Shown here in pieces: positions 50,228-63,665 of a DNA stretch of 64,000 nucleotides (position 1 is the first letter of the stretch; the number at the start of each line of letters is the position of its first letter). Origin of the DNA: Octopus vulgaris. Taxonomy: Eukaryota. The DNA lies in contig OX597828.1 in assembly GCA_951406725.2 (NCBI GenBank), positions 59,768,001-59,832,000 of the forward strand, given 5' to 3'. Below the pieces are notes generated by a model, which had not been told where the DNA came from, searched no databases, and saw only the letters and a list, made by a program, of their open reading frames with translations. Both the position numbers and the translations under genes were made by a program.

Positions 50228-50959
50228 TTTCGCGGAAAATCCTTCCGGACTTTCTGGAGACGACTTCACAAGCGAAATGTACACAAAAAGCCATTGTATG
50301 TGTGTATTGGTGCCTTGTTGTCTTAACATTGTATAATAGCTGTAAATGAATGTCACTGTCATACAAGCAGTGTCTCTTGTTTCCACTCCTCTGTGAAAAT
50401 ATGTCCAATTATGGGGGGAGTGTCACCTAGACTGAGGAAATAGGTGTGAGATGGGGGACAGAAAGGGCATCCAGCCATTGAAAATCTACCAGAAGAATTT
50501 TTCAATCTATCCCCTTCCTGGTTTTGGAATATTTAACTCTGTCCTCATAACAATATTCCAGATTATTTTGAACTTGGCTGCTCATTTCCTCTTGTATCGA
50601 ACCAGCTGATGAAATGTGCAAGGCTTCAAAATGGTCTCTCAACATGCTTGAAATTAAAGCCAAGTTTCTGAAAAATAACTTTTTCCAAAATTTCTCATTG
50701 CTCCCCTGGCCTTTGCACATCCCACAAAAATATGGAATCTGTCTGCATAGTTGTTTCCCAGATCACCAACCTACACTGAAGTAGATTTTTACCCCTTCCC
50801 CACTAATTAACAAGAAGCTGAAATCAAGCTTCTGTCCATAGAATTCCTTATTGGAAGAGTTTTAAAAGTTCCAAATTGTCTTTAAAAACTAACACAAAAA
50901 CGCTGTTTAAGTTAAACCTTCCTCCCCAAGCACTAATTTTATGTGCGGCCCAATATTTG

Positions 50960-51235
50960 AAGATCATGCTTCACCACATGATCCCATGTCTTCATGTGTC
51001 TACCCCTTTACATGTTCCCTCTACAGTTAGAGATTGGCACTACTTTACCCAGCTGTCCACATCCATATGCATCATATAACCATACCAGCTCAGTCGTCTC
51101 ACTTGCACACCACATCTGATGCCTCTTATGCCCAACTTTTCTTTCAGGATGCTTACACTCATTCATGCATGCACACTGACATTGCACATCCAGTGAAGCA
51201 TTCTAGCTTCAGTTCTTTCAAGCCTTGAAAATGTT
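50960..51235 (-). mobile_element. RTE-clade LINE 3' remnant
   Basis: Minus-strand translation VQVRRLSWYGYMMHMDVDSWVK*CQSLTVEGTC resembles the RTE RRLRWYGHVMRM C-terminus. Confidence 0.7.
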
Positions 51236-52492
51236 TTTCACTCTATAGTTTAAACATCTTGAGGATTCAGTATTTTCATTCTTAGTATTTTTTGAGTTTT
51301 GTTTCAGTGGCAATTATTTTACAGCTGTAAAAAGAGTGGACACTAGTATGAAAGATCTCCATGGTACATGAGACTGGAAGTCACTAGAACAGCAGAAAAT
51401 TTCATTGATAGCTTAATCCTGACTACATATTATTAGCTGTATGTGTGTATCTAGGACTACATTAAATAAACGTAAATTACTTATTTAAGATGGTAGGGTG
51501 TGATTTGAGGTTGAGTTGGCTGCTATTACTTGCACACCAAGCAACATTTAGTTCAACATTGGCCAACTGTTTTATCCTTAGAATACATTACATGTCTCAT
51601 GGAAAACCTTACACAGCAATTATTCTATTTCTTTTTTAATCTTTTCATTTACCTTTCATAAGAGCTTAAATCTTAAAACATTCTTTGAAAGGTTTGTCAG
51701 TGTTAACTTCATCAGACATCACAAAGAAGGTTTTAAAATTTTATCTTTTTTACTAAGACCCTGTTTTCAACTGTATATCCCTACAATTCTCTATGAAGCC
51801 ATTTTTATGTAAAGTCTCTTTACTACCTACTGTTACCAGCATTTTTCTACTAAATATGTCACATATCATCATCATCATTTAATGTCCATCTTTCATGTTG
51901 GCATAAGTTCAACAGTTTAAGAGGATCCACCAAGTCTGTTCCAATATCTGATTTGGATGGTTTCTACAACTGGATGCCCTTCATAACACTGACCACTTTA
52001 CAGAGTAACTGTGTGCTCTTTTCCATGGCATCAACCCTAGTGAGGTCACCATGTCACTGAAGACTGAAGAACCCCTCAACTGGGTGGGAATAAAATAGAG
52101 GGAAACAGCTTTATGTTGAGAAATAAAGGGTTAAAATTTGAAAGTATATACAGTTAATTACAAACATATAATTAAATACAAAACTATATTTGTATAGAAT
52201 TAGTGTATTTCTCATTATTTCTTGCTAAATGCCTAGTGACCTGTGTGGGACCTAGCAACCTACTGCAAAAGTGTCACAAAACCCTTAGCAAACTCTTGTA
52301 GAGCTCCTTATGGGATCCTTTATAATTTCCTGTAGAATTACTAGCAATCTTCCATGGAAAATCTAATGAGCCCTTGCAGAACTACTAGTGACCTCTCACA
52401 GAACTACCAGGAATCTGTTGTGGAACCCCTAGCAACATATCATGAAACTTTGGTGGTAGACTTTGACCCCTTTTTTTTATGATTCTTTGTAG

Positions 52493-52767
52493 TTTCCCTG
52501 GGTCCTCGACATGGAGCCTTATACAGCTGAAGGGATGGCAAGGCGAGAGAGTGAAATCCTTCACAACTATTCTGATGAGGAGACTAGTGAGAAATCAACG
52601 TTGGGGTTGTCATGTCAGGAAGACTCGGCAGATGGTCAGTATGTTGATCCCGTCACCTCAACAAACCAAGTCATACCAAACCGAATACATTATGAACTTG
52701 TTGGCATTGTCGTCCATAGTGGTCAAGCTAATGCTGGCCACTACTACTCCTTTATTAAAGACCGCAG
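52493..52767 (+). CDS. USP24: Ubiquitin-specific protease 24, internal exon (His box)
   Basis: AG|FPWVLDMEPYTAEGMAR...YELVGIVVHSGQANAGHYYSFIKDRR|GTGAG. Confidence 0.92.
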
Positions 52768-53607
52768 GTGAGTTGCAGTGTTTCCAAGGATGACCACCAC
52801 TACTGCTGCTGCTACTGTCATTCCTTATTTCTCTTTTTCTTTTTACCTCTTCACTTAGGGAGGGAAAAGCAGCTCCCTTGACCCCTTTTATTTTCAGAGT
52901 CCACTGAAACTGGGGGGTGGGGAGGAAGTAAGGTGTGATCCTCAAACCAGAGACTTGGTCTCAAAGCTTCTAACAAGGTAATTCCCCCCTCCACACTGAA
53001 GTGACCCCCAGGACAAGTTGAGGGATCAAGTTTACTACAAAGCAAATCAGAACACAAAGGGAGGAAACAGACAATACAAGTTATCTGTATCAATTCCAGT
53101 GGTTAATTAGTAGTCATTAGTGCAGACCACTAAGTACCTTGTGGTATTTGTTCTGGATCTTCTAACTCTTGAGTTCAAATCCCACCTAGATCAATTAACT
53201 TTTCATCAATCAAATTCATCAATTCCCTGGTCAAGGAGTTGTTAGAACATTGTTAGAAACACCTTGTGGTATTTGATCCCTCACTTTGTGTTCTGAGTTG
53301 TTGTGTAGTAGATGTAACTCCTCACTTAATCCTGGGGTCATTACAGCCAAGTCTTTGATTTGAGGACTACTTCCTCCATCATTCCTAAGTGCTAACAAAA
53401 AAATTCTTACTTATTTACCAATATATATCTGTCTGTGTCTGCCAAACCATTTCCCTGTATGTTGAGTTTACTTCTCACTTTTATAATCCACCTCTCTCAG
53501 CACAGCCACTATCCTGCACAACAAAGAATTGACACATGACTTAGTGTTTTATACACATGCACATTCTCCTATTGATCTGATGAACCTTTTTTTTGTGTGA
53601 GTTGCAG

Positions 53608-53747
53608 AGGGACAGTCTCAACAAATCCTAAGAAGGGCTGCTGGTTCAAATTCAACGACATCACAGTAGAAGAGTTTCACATGACAGATGCCAACCTTGA
53701 AGCTGAATGCTTTGGTGGATTTTACAAAGCAAAAGTTTATGAGCAAA
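53608..53747 (+). CDS. USP24: USP24 exon (WFKFND Asp box)
   Basis: GTVSTNPKKGCWFKFNDITVEEF...ECFGGFYKAKVYEQ, with canonical splice sites and phase consistent with its neighbours. Confidence 0.92.
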
Positions 53748-54604
53748 GTAAGCATTGCCATATGTCTCTGACCAAATTATTATCAGATGTCTAGGAGCAA
53801 AAATATATGTGTGTGTGTCTATATAAATAGATGTACATATCTATCTAATATATATGTGTGTGTGTGTATATATATATGTCTATATAAATATATGTACATA
53901 TCTATCTATCTATCTATCTATCTATCTGATGTGTGTGTGTGTAGATATATGTACATATGGCTAAAACTTGCCCTGTTTATAATTGTACCACGTTACATAT
54001 TTATTATATCATACCTTGATACTGTGTGGACTAAGATCCCCGTCGACAGGCCACTGCTATTTATAGTATTAAATACTTTTGGTATGCAAATTAGGGACTC
54101 CTTCATAGAGTAACTGCTGCATTTGTTGAGTATATAAACAGTTTGGCTGTTTGTTTCTCTGGTGATTGTCAAAATGATGTGGCCACCTCTGATGAGAACC
54201 TAATAAGGGTTGAAAATCAATTAAACTTGTTCATTTTTTTCAGTCTGTGGAGAAATGGCTAAAATTTGCCCTGTTAATAGTTATACCATAAGTTACATAT
54301 CTATCTATCTATCTAGCTATATATATATTGTCAATAAAACATATATCAGAAAAGAAGCATACTCTAAAGAATAGAGCAGTAATTATTACAAAAATATAAA
54401 ATTTTGGACATAGAGTTGCCAAAGCCTTGGCACAAAAATAGAATGTAGAAGAGAGATGTAGTCCTCCACCCCCATCTAGGAGGAGCAGTAACTGGCAGAC
54501 TCGAGTGCAGCACAGAGGCAGCTGACATGAAAGGATGCGGGGGATTGGCTGAAATTTAATTCAATTGTAAAATATAAGACATCTGTCACTTCTGCTGCTT
54601 CCAG

Positions 54605-54743
54605 ACATGACCTACCCTGAAGATCGGATCCGTTATTGGAATGGTTATATGTTGTTCTATGAACGAATGGACGAACCGAAGACACCTGTTTCTGCAAAGA
54701 AATCCAAAGTTTCTCTGTCTAAATGTTCTCATTTTGAACCAAG
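54605..54743 (+). CDS. USP24: USP24 exon (end of catalytic domain; not in the ORF track)
   Basis: CAG|..MTYPEDRIRYWNGYMLFYERMDEPKTP...|GTAAG; phase 1 in and phase 2 out both match. Confidence 0.9.
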
Positions 54744-56879
54744 GTAAGTGTTTGTCTTTTCATTCTGGTTTCAATTAATACAAACTTTAATAACTGGAAA
54801 CCTTGTGTGTGTGTGGAGGGCAGCGTGCATAACATCTACAAAATAGCTTATCTGTAGGAAAGACGTGTTAGAAGGATGACAGGGCAGACTTTGTGTCGAT
54901 GGAGAGGTGTAGGAATGACAACCTTCCAAAATGTTTGTTGCTATGGAAACCTCAACAGTAAGCAAAACAAACCTGCTTGTCTTGAGCAGGAAATGCTCCT
55001 CCCTGCTCTCAAGACATGATATCCTGGAGTAGAAGCTCTTCTAGGTGGGCATTGATGTCTTAGGAGCTCAGAATATCTTGTTTAAGATGTTGCACAGAGG
55101 ACAGTTTATCTCCTGGTAACCAGCTGCAGGACTGAGAATCATCTCAGTTGTTTTGGCCATTTTGATTATTGTGAATTTTATTATTTATTCAATGCACACA
55201 TCGTGATCATTGGGCAGATACTGTAAGCACTCTGCTAACTCACTACCTTAAGGAAAAGAAAGGGATGATGAAAGCGAAGTGATGGTCAAGGCTGGAATGC
55301 CTTTGATCATAAGTTTGTTCAATATCCATGCGCCTTGGGTTAAATAACAGCTACAAATATCTTTGTGTGCTGTCAGTCTGACGATTATCTGTTCTGTAGC
55401 GAAATGATTGAATGAGCAACATGAAAGATCTCCAGTGGAGCCGTAAAGTATTTCTGATTATTCTGACAAATGTAAGGCTTAAGTATTCACACCTTTTTGA
55501 ATTAATCTTACATCATCATTATCATCATCATCATTGTTTAACATCCGCTTTCCATGCTAGCTTCGGTTAGCATCATTTCATAGCTTTGAGATTTCAATGA
55601 TGTGACATAATTATTTTTAAAATGACACTAAAGCAATTATGAAAGACCATATCTGATCAGTTTGAAAAGGAAACAGAATATTTTGGCTGGATATGGCTAG
55701 TTTAAACACTGAAGGGTTAAACAGATACACTCGCACAGACATTGCCTCAGTTCACTAAACGTCAGTAAACATTTCTGACCTACAATAAATGTGTTTGTGA
55801 AATGGAACACGTGTCTTTCATCCTCTGACAATAGCAGACATTGAGAGATGAAAGTGGAGGAGGTGAATTATTAATTGTTGTTGTATGGATGGATACACCC
55901 AGTATCAAACATCAGTTGAAATGTACATGTGTGAGTGAGTGAAGGGGTGTGCTGTCATGTATATGTACATGCATGAATAAATAGGCGTACATCTTTGTGT
56001 GTGTGATAGGTAGAGTGCCATTTAGACATTCTTCCTCTCTCTCACAAACACACACACACACACACACAGAAAAAGATGTTTACATATGTATTTATGTGTG
56101 TACGTATACATGACAACACACCCCTTCAAACAGACACACACGTACATACAGAAACACGTGGGTGTGTGTGTGACTGACTACAAATAGATACCAGATGTGT
56201 ACACGGCATGCAGAAAGGAAATAAACTGAAAAGCATTATGGAAATGAAACCTGGAGAGAGAGAGCATTGCAAACAATGAATGAGATAAACATGGAATGAA
56301 AAAAATCATACAAATAAAAGCAAGTTAAAAAAAGTCTCTAGTTTCAAATTTTTAAATTTGTGAACTCCATAAATGTTTCTTTCAGTAATTTGTTTTAGTT
56401 GTTTACAAATAGCGAACATTAAAATGGAGACTGAGTGACTTTGCCGTTTTTACGTCAATACTGGAAGTTGTCTTTGAGAAACCTTTTTAAAAAAGTAAAT
56501 CATTAATATAAAGCAATATTTGATATTTTTAATTTTAAAAAATCAAATGAAGATCCTATTATGTGTCCGAGGTCAAATAATTCATGCATCACAGGTATGG
56601 AAGTAATTGGTGAAGACGTTTTCACGTGAAAAGCGAATACACACACATCTCTATTTTATAAAAAAAAAAAACTTTCAGGGACAAACGTGGTTTATTGAGA
56701 CGGCAGGTTTTGGATATTTTTGTGTGAGTGTTTCATAATGAGTAGGTGACCAGAGTTGCCAGGTGTGTGAATAAGAATTCCAGGGCTGCATATATTTCAT
56801 AGGTTTTACTCACTATGAAACATATGTAGTCCAGACCTTATCTACTCTATTCCATAACTCTTGTATGTATGTATATATA

Positions 56880-56911
<32 letters not shown>

Positions 56912-57203
56912 CTAGCAGTATCGTCGGCGTTGCTCGGGTTTGTAAGGGAAATAACTATATAAGCATTTTTAGAGAGTTACTTCCCTTATATAAAACCGAG
57001 CGAAAAATGGATTAAAAATGGGGAAAAGTGATGGTAATTTTTTTTAAATCGTAGACGCACACTAATACTCAGAAGGGCTCGATATGAATCACGACTATAA
57101 GATACCCACTTTTGGTTAAACTGCACCGCAAAATATGGGAGTAGTTAGGAATCTAAATCTGAGTAGACAGACACACACACAACTACAGTTTTATATATAA
57201 AGA
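56912..57203 (-). mobile_element. Internally deleted copy of the non-autonomous Helitron
   Basis: Same ends as 16571-17202 (ctagcagtatcg..cggcgttgctcggg and cacaactacagttttatatata..ga), inserted in (TA)n. Confidence 0.8.
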
Positions 57204-58523
57204 TATATATATGTATGTATATATGTTTTAGTTAAAATTAAAGCTTAGGTAGGGAACTTTAAGGTGTAGTATGTGAACCTTGTTATGGGAATGTCCATTG
57301 TATTGTGCCTGTATAGCACATTCACTACTTGTGACTACCAGGCATCATCCGGGGTAGTAGTCTTTCATTGCTGGATGTACGTAGGGAATTTGTCAGTACA
57401 TGTTGAGTGTACAGAAGACAGAGCATACTGGAAGCGTTATGTAAGACAACGACAGTTTTGGCTTAATTCTACACTGCTCCTTAGTGAATGGGGATCGATG
57501 TAATGGAAACCTCTTCAGGCAACATAACTGCATGCATGGAAAACAGTTGTTAAACGATGATGATAATTATATATGTATATATATTTATTTTTATCACTAA
57601 AGTCATCTAGCAACATAGCAGCTAATTGCAAACTGAGGTGTTGTTTTAATTTCGCTTGGTGGGTCACATTTTGTGGCTGCCAGCAAAGACTGTATTGATG
57701 GAAAACATCAGAAAAGGAAAAATGGTCATCCTAAGAAACTTGCTGCCAGACATCCTGGGTAGACCTCATATGTTCATAGATCAGTTAAACAGAAATAACA
57801 ATTTCCTCTGATTAGCCATGCTGTTTGAGGAAACTGTTTTATGTGTCCCCTAAAGTGGGAAGAGCCAAGTGTTAAACCTGTATAATCCCATACGTTAAAT
57901 ATAATATGTGAACAGATTTCCTCATTGACTGGTCAGTCAGTTGTATGTCCTTGTTGCTTAAGGCCCTAGGTGATAATAAGCCTACTAATTTAGTCAGTCC
58001 AAAAATGTTGCTTTGGTGTTGTGACCTTCAGTGTTGTATGATTTATTATATATATCACCATCATTTAGTATCTTTGTTCCATGCCAGCATAGGTTGGAGT
58101 TTTTGATCATAATCTGATGTGTCCAAGGACTGCATTTAGCTCCAATGTCTGCTTTGTCATGGTTTTTATGGTTGGATGTCCTTTCTAACATCAACCAATA
58201 TTCTAATCCCACAGGCAGTCTCACTCCTTCCTCATCTTCTTTGTTTTAGAGGCATGGAATCCTACTCTTTCAGTAATGTGTGGACAGAGATCCTCGTTGA
58301 CACAGCATTCGTTTGTCATTGTAATCATCTTCTTAATGTCCTTGCATGCCTAGTTTGTTAAGATTTTCTGCAGCCAGATGTCTTCCCTGTCACCAACCTG
58401 TATTCGGTTCTAACCTGAGGCTGACCAAAGCCTTGTGTTTGGTCAACTGTAAGAAGCCTGTTCACACACACACACTTATATCTCTCTAATAATCCCATTG
58501 TCATCTCATCTTCTCCACCATAG

Positions 58524-58722
58524 ACGCAGTTTGAACTCTGACAGCCTGGTCGAGTTAACAGAGTTGGTCCACAAAGGGGAAAAACGTGGTATTTTCACAG
58601 AGAAGATGCCAGCAAGCATTGAGAAGGTGATTGGCACCGAGAACATAATCTTTGTCAAGAACAGAGACATTTACAACAATGAGTATTTCCGTTTCATCAA
58701 GAACCTGGCCGCAGTTAATGCA
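58524..58722 (+). CDS. USP24: USP24 exon
   Basis: RSLNSDSLVELTELVHKGEKRGIFTEKMPA...KNRDIYNNEYF resembles vertebrate USP24 (KGEKKGLFVEKMPA, from memory); AG/GT sites present. Confidence 0.9.
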
Positions 58723-58727
58723 GTAAG

Positions 58728-58760
<33 letters not shown>

Positions 58761-59058
58761 GTACTGCTGTTGTTGTTGTGATGACATCAAACCTGTCCCT
58801 CTTTGAGGACTTCAATGGGACCTTCACAAAGTGGCAGGAGCACTGCAACAGATGCATTGAAGTGAGAGGATCCTACTTTGAAGGAGGTCAGAGTTTTGGA
58901 CCAATTTGAAATTAATAAAGGTCTCTCCTGAAAGAGTTTGAAAAACTTATGGAATGCCACTTGTAAATTATGACCAGATATCGAGAATCGTGGTGTCTTG
59001 TGGTGTATCATGAATGTGGGTGTAATGTACACTCATAAATTAAGTCATGCTGTGTTAT

Positions 59059-59097
<39 letters not shown>

Positions 59098-59776
59098 AGG
59101 AAAAGGGAGGAGGAGAATTTTGATTATTCTCATGTGGTAAGTTGTAATGCAAAATAGATATATATATAAAATAAAAGAAAAACATGCACACAGTTTACAT
59201 AGTTTTAATATATTAAAGGCTGCTGTCAAATCACTGAAACAAGTAAAAGAATAAAAGAATATTTATAAGTGTTTGTCAGACAAACACAATACTCTTTCAC
59301 TTATAAACTATATTAAAACTATGTAAACTGTAAGCATTTTCCTTCTTTTATTTTATATATATTTTTGCATTATATATGTATGTATGTGTGTATGTATGTA
59401 GATAAAGATTTCTGTGTGGCACAATGGTCATTCATCCTTTCTTGTCGTTGGTCAGCAGCAACGGTTTGACACTCCTCTCTCTTCAAATTCAATTTCTGAA
59501 GGGTTCCACAGGTGTAATTCAAAGAGTGGGGATTTTTTCCCATTGTTTGGCACCACTTTTGACCAGGCGGTCCCACAATCCTCTCCTTGTCTTGCAAAGA
59601 ATCTCCCCACACACACACACCTCCACCTCTTTCAGTCCTCATACAATTTTGTTGATTACTTTTGTTGTTTTTGTTGTAACAGATCTATTTTTTACATTGA
59701 CTATATTGTTAGTCTTGTAGTCATTTTCCCCACCCTCCAGGGCTTTGCCATTTGTCTTCAACCCGTTCACCTAAAT

Positions 59777-60420
59777 ACAAAGCTGGGTTAAAATTTTCAT
59801 AGGCTGATTATGAAGGAGTGATGCTAGGGCTGTGAAAGCTTGCATGCATCAATTTAAACTCTTCATTAATAACTGCATTGTTTCTTTCCGGGTAAACTGA
59901 CATCTGACTGTTCAAAGAAGACATCAGATGTAACTAGTAGTAACTTCTCTTGAAAATGAACTAAATTTGGCATTTTGGTCTTATCAAGTACCAGCAGAAA
60001 AAGGGTTTAGACCCCCAAAGACGTTCATACTAACATGGTTGCTACATTAGGTGATGGACACTCAAACTTTATCAACAGTGCAAAAGGGGACAGCTGAATT
60101 TAGGAGAGAAAAGGAGAGTCTTGAATATGACCCAATGTCAGGACATCCTGAAATGGCCACCACCAAGGTAAACATTGATCATGTTCACCACATAGTGATG
60201 GATGACAAGCGATTGATTATAACTCAAATAGCCAATGCTGTTAGCCATATCCTGTGAGGGAGTAGAGAATATTCTGCACAATGAACTTGGCATGAAGGTT
60301 TCTGCTTGGTGGGTGCCACATCTTCTGACATCTGACCAAAAGTGCACCAGGCCAATCACATCATGGGAAAATTTGACAGGGAACATCCAGCTGGTTTTCT
60401 TGAATGTTTCGAATTCCTTG
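59777..60420 (+). mobile_element. Mariner transposase remnant in a USP24 intron
   Basis: AEFRREKESLEYDPMSGHP...ILHNELGMKVSAWWVPHLLTSDQK contains the mariner WVPHxL linker; it is frameshifted. Confidence 0.85.
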
Positions 60421-60695
60421 AGAATATCTTGGTCATCCTATGAACTTTTCCAACCAAAGATTTGGCTCTCAGGTTCCCTGAGGCGTGACAGGACACGATT
60501 TATGCAACAGAAGAGAGGCTGAGTGTGTTGTATAGTGTGTTGGTAGTTATTAAACCCTGGGCTGAGAGATTAATGTTGACTTCAATTGGAACTGAACACT
60601 GAATGCTGGTGTTTGGAACTAAATACTTCTTCCTCTCCCTCTGTAACCATGTACTGTCCCCTTTTGACTAAACCACTCCATTCATCTCTCCACAG

Positions 60696-60799
60696 GCTCA
60701 TGAAACTGACCCCAACTACAGTAAGTTATGTGTACAGTCGCTCCAGCTGGCCATGAAATTCCTCATCAATACGTACTTCAGAGCAAAACTGAAGACAAA
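60696..60799 (+). CDS. USP24: USP24 exon
   Basis: CAG|AHETDPNYSKLCVQSLQLAMKFLINTYFRAKLKT|GTAAG; phase consistent. Confidence 0.85.
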
Positions 60800-61118
60800 G
60801 TAAGAAAGTCTAATTTTTATTTTCTGATTCACTGAAAACATCTAGCAGCCAGGATGTCTGTCCTGACTCTGTTTGATAACATTGATAAAGAAGGGACAGA
60901 GCCCAGTAATTTATTTATATCCAATGTACCAGTAATTAACTAATCTCTAGTGTACCAGTAATTATTTCTGTCCATGAATTTTAAATTATTGACAGCCTGT
61001 ACAATTTATCAAGTTTTATATCCACTCTCCTCCCATAGAAAGACATAAAATTGCTAAATTTTCACATAAATGACAGACATAACTTTGGTTTAATGTTGTT
61101 GTTGTTGTCGTTGTTCAG

Positions 61119-61232
61119 GGCTGAGTTAGATGACTGGGTCACTGTGATTGAGATGTTGGTCACTCGCTGCAAAGAAGCCTGCATGTGCCTGGTCGACATG
61201 ATTGGAGAAGACGATGGTTACACCTACATCAA
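61119..61232 (+). CDS. USP24: USP24 exon
   Basis: AELDDWVTVIEMLVTRCKEACMCLV...YI|GTAAG; phase consistent. Confidence 0.85.
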
Positions 61233-62521
61233 GTAAGTACCTCTCTCAGTTTATTACCTTTCACTATTCCTCCTACTCCTGCAACCAGCTTCGACCCCTA
61301 TACCCTTGCTCACCTCACTATGAAGCTTACAACTGTCCCTGCCTCCTTACAAGCCATAGCTTTACTACTCCCTCCCCACTCTTACCAATCACAAACACTG
61401 CTCTCACTTCTTCCCTGGCTTTACAACCATTGCTCCCATCATCAGCAGCCTTATGAGACTCATAAGACAAGGGCTTCTGTTGTGGGATTCGAGGGTAATT
61501 TGATTAAAAATGTAGTTGAAAATTCCTGGGATTGCATTCCATTTTCTCAAAATTTCCACGCATATCATTCAAAAACTAATTCTAGATTACAAAACCACCT
61601 TAAAGACTTTTTCTAAGAAATTATAAGAATTGGTCAGCCAAAATCATCAGCTTCTGGAGAAACAGAATGAAATTGTAGAAGAAATAAAGTGAAAGGAGTT
61701 GCTCTTGATGGAATTTTCATGAAGAGATTAGATAAAAAAATGGTTTTTGTTTCTCATTTTAGACAAGGAATTTCAATGTTGATGGAATTAGAGAAAAATT
61801 TGGGATTAACAGAAGAATTAAAAAAGAAATAAGAACTTTGAAAAATTCAATATTTCTTTAGAGTGATATACATGTTGAAGTAAGCAGAGATACATCAATG
61901 TAAATGGACACCAATTTGGTAAAGCCCGGAATTTCAATGGGATCCAAATTTATGGAAGTTTATGTGCTGAAAAATCATTATTGAACTTTGAGAAACTTTC
62001 TGACTTCAGCTTTGGCTTGGCAACAAATCTTGTTTCAGTGGTAAATGATAGAACAAGTGCCAGCGTTCATTTTGGTAACACTGTTAATTGTGAGCATTAA
62101 TTGTGTTACATCAATTTCATTTGGCTGTGATGGTCTTTACAGGAAAACTGAATCTAATTGTGATGAAGCAAATTTCACTAACGACCTTTCTTAAAAGAGC
62201 AAGTTTGAAAATATATTCAATGATCTGAATTAAAAGTATGGTTAATAATTATGTTTGTGGACACATATGCTGCATTTGTTACAATTTATAGACTATCTAC
62301 CAATGACACACATGTGGCATTGGGTAGAGTCTGTAGACTAGATTCAGCAATCTCCTGCCCAATCAAGTACTTCACCCAGACTATCACAGATTTCTTTATT
62401 ACTTCAAACAAACCCTCAACTGACTCCCTATTTTGCTCTTCATCAACCCTCATCACTGTCCACAGATTACACTTTGTTAAACCTTTACTGTAAGGTCTAT
62501 GTCTCTCTCTCTCTTTTGTAG

Positions 62522-62621
62522 GTCCTTTCTGCTGGAATGTCCAAACAAAGATGTTCGGCTTACCCTGGCCAAAATCCTCCAACGTATGATGAATAGCTTC
62601 TTTCAACATGGTGCCGTAGCT
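62522..62621 (+). CDS. USP24: USP24 exon
   Basis: SFLLECPNKDVRLTLAKILQR...|GTGAGT; the FLLEC..VR motif is typical of the USP9/24 family. Confidence 0.87.
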
Positions 62622-63545
62622 GTGAGTCTTGTATTCTTGATGTGATCATTGCTTGATATTGAGGGGCTGGACATAACCAGGGTCACACATGGGAGGAGAG
62701 CTATGGGCATAGGGCTAATGATTGACTGGATATGGAGGGAAAAATTTACTCACATAAATATGACCCCTTCAGTCACATATATGATGATAGGTTAGTTGGA
62801 TATAGGGTTACATCAGGACAAAATATGAGGTAGACAAAGGGTTACATTGAGAGCTGTCAAAGTAAGCAGTGAATATGTGTTTATGTAACAATGGTAAGTT
62901 AATATAAAACAAAATAAATGAATTTGAGGGTAAAAGAGCAGTTTTTAGTGGTGAACAGTGAAACAGAGGTAAGGTTTATGGGGGTAATATGTGAAAGGAA
63001 GGGCATGAAGTTATAGGGACATATTTATAGATGCAATATTTGTTATAACTTGATAGCTGGCTCTTGATATTAAATAGGTTTGTGAGTTAATATCCCCATG
63101 GATATGACATCTGTCCAGATGGGGTAACTCAGTCCAGTGAACTGACACAATAGACATGAACAAGTACATAATCCTGGGGTCATTTGTCGTGAGTGACTCC
63201 TTGTTTAAATTGCAGTGAAATCTTCCTTAAATCACACATTAATGACTTTTACAAAGAAAAGGCACATTAGTTAATGGAGTCCTAGCTATACTGTGTCTGA
63301 ATAAAGATGAAATGTTCATAGATGATCCATCTTTGATCATAGATCTTTTGGATCTGGACTGAACTGAGGCTAAGCAACAACAAATTAGATAATGTAGTTC
63401 TATATACACATTGTCTTAATAAAAAGTTGGTGTGGGCATGGCTGAAACATCCTTGATCTTAGGTGTGTCCGTTGGATGGGATTGACAGCAGTAAGTATTT
63501 CCATAAGAAATTGTGTTTTAATTGTTTTTTTCCCCTATTTTTCAG

Positions 63546-63665
63546 ACATACAAATCATTTGACCAGTTGGTGGGTCATCTGCTCCACATGCTAAACAAAG
63601 ATCTTCCTGACAACATCAAAAACTCCACTCAATATTTCCTCGTTCTCAAAAGTTACGTCCAGATG
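63546..63665 (+). CDS. USP24: USP24 exon
   Basis: TYKSFDQLVGHLLHMLNKDLPDNIKNSTQYFLVLKSYVQM|GTAAG; 120 nt, phase 0. Confidence 0.85.

Noticed and set aside
50228-50386. 53-aa N-terminal extension of GTF2H3 in the ORF track
   Set aside because: It starts at GTG and does not resemble Tfb4; similarity begins just after the ATG at 50227. In-frame upstream ATGs exist, so it is not fully excluded.
58723-58806. Poly-Cys tail of ORF 58498-58806
   Set aside because: This is an intronic (TGT)n microsatellite after the GTAAG donor at 58723.
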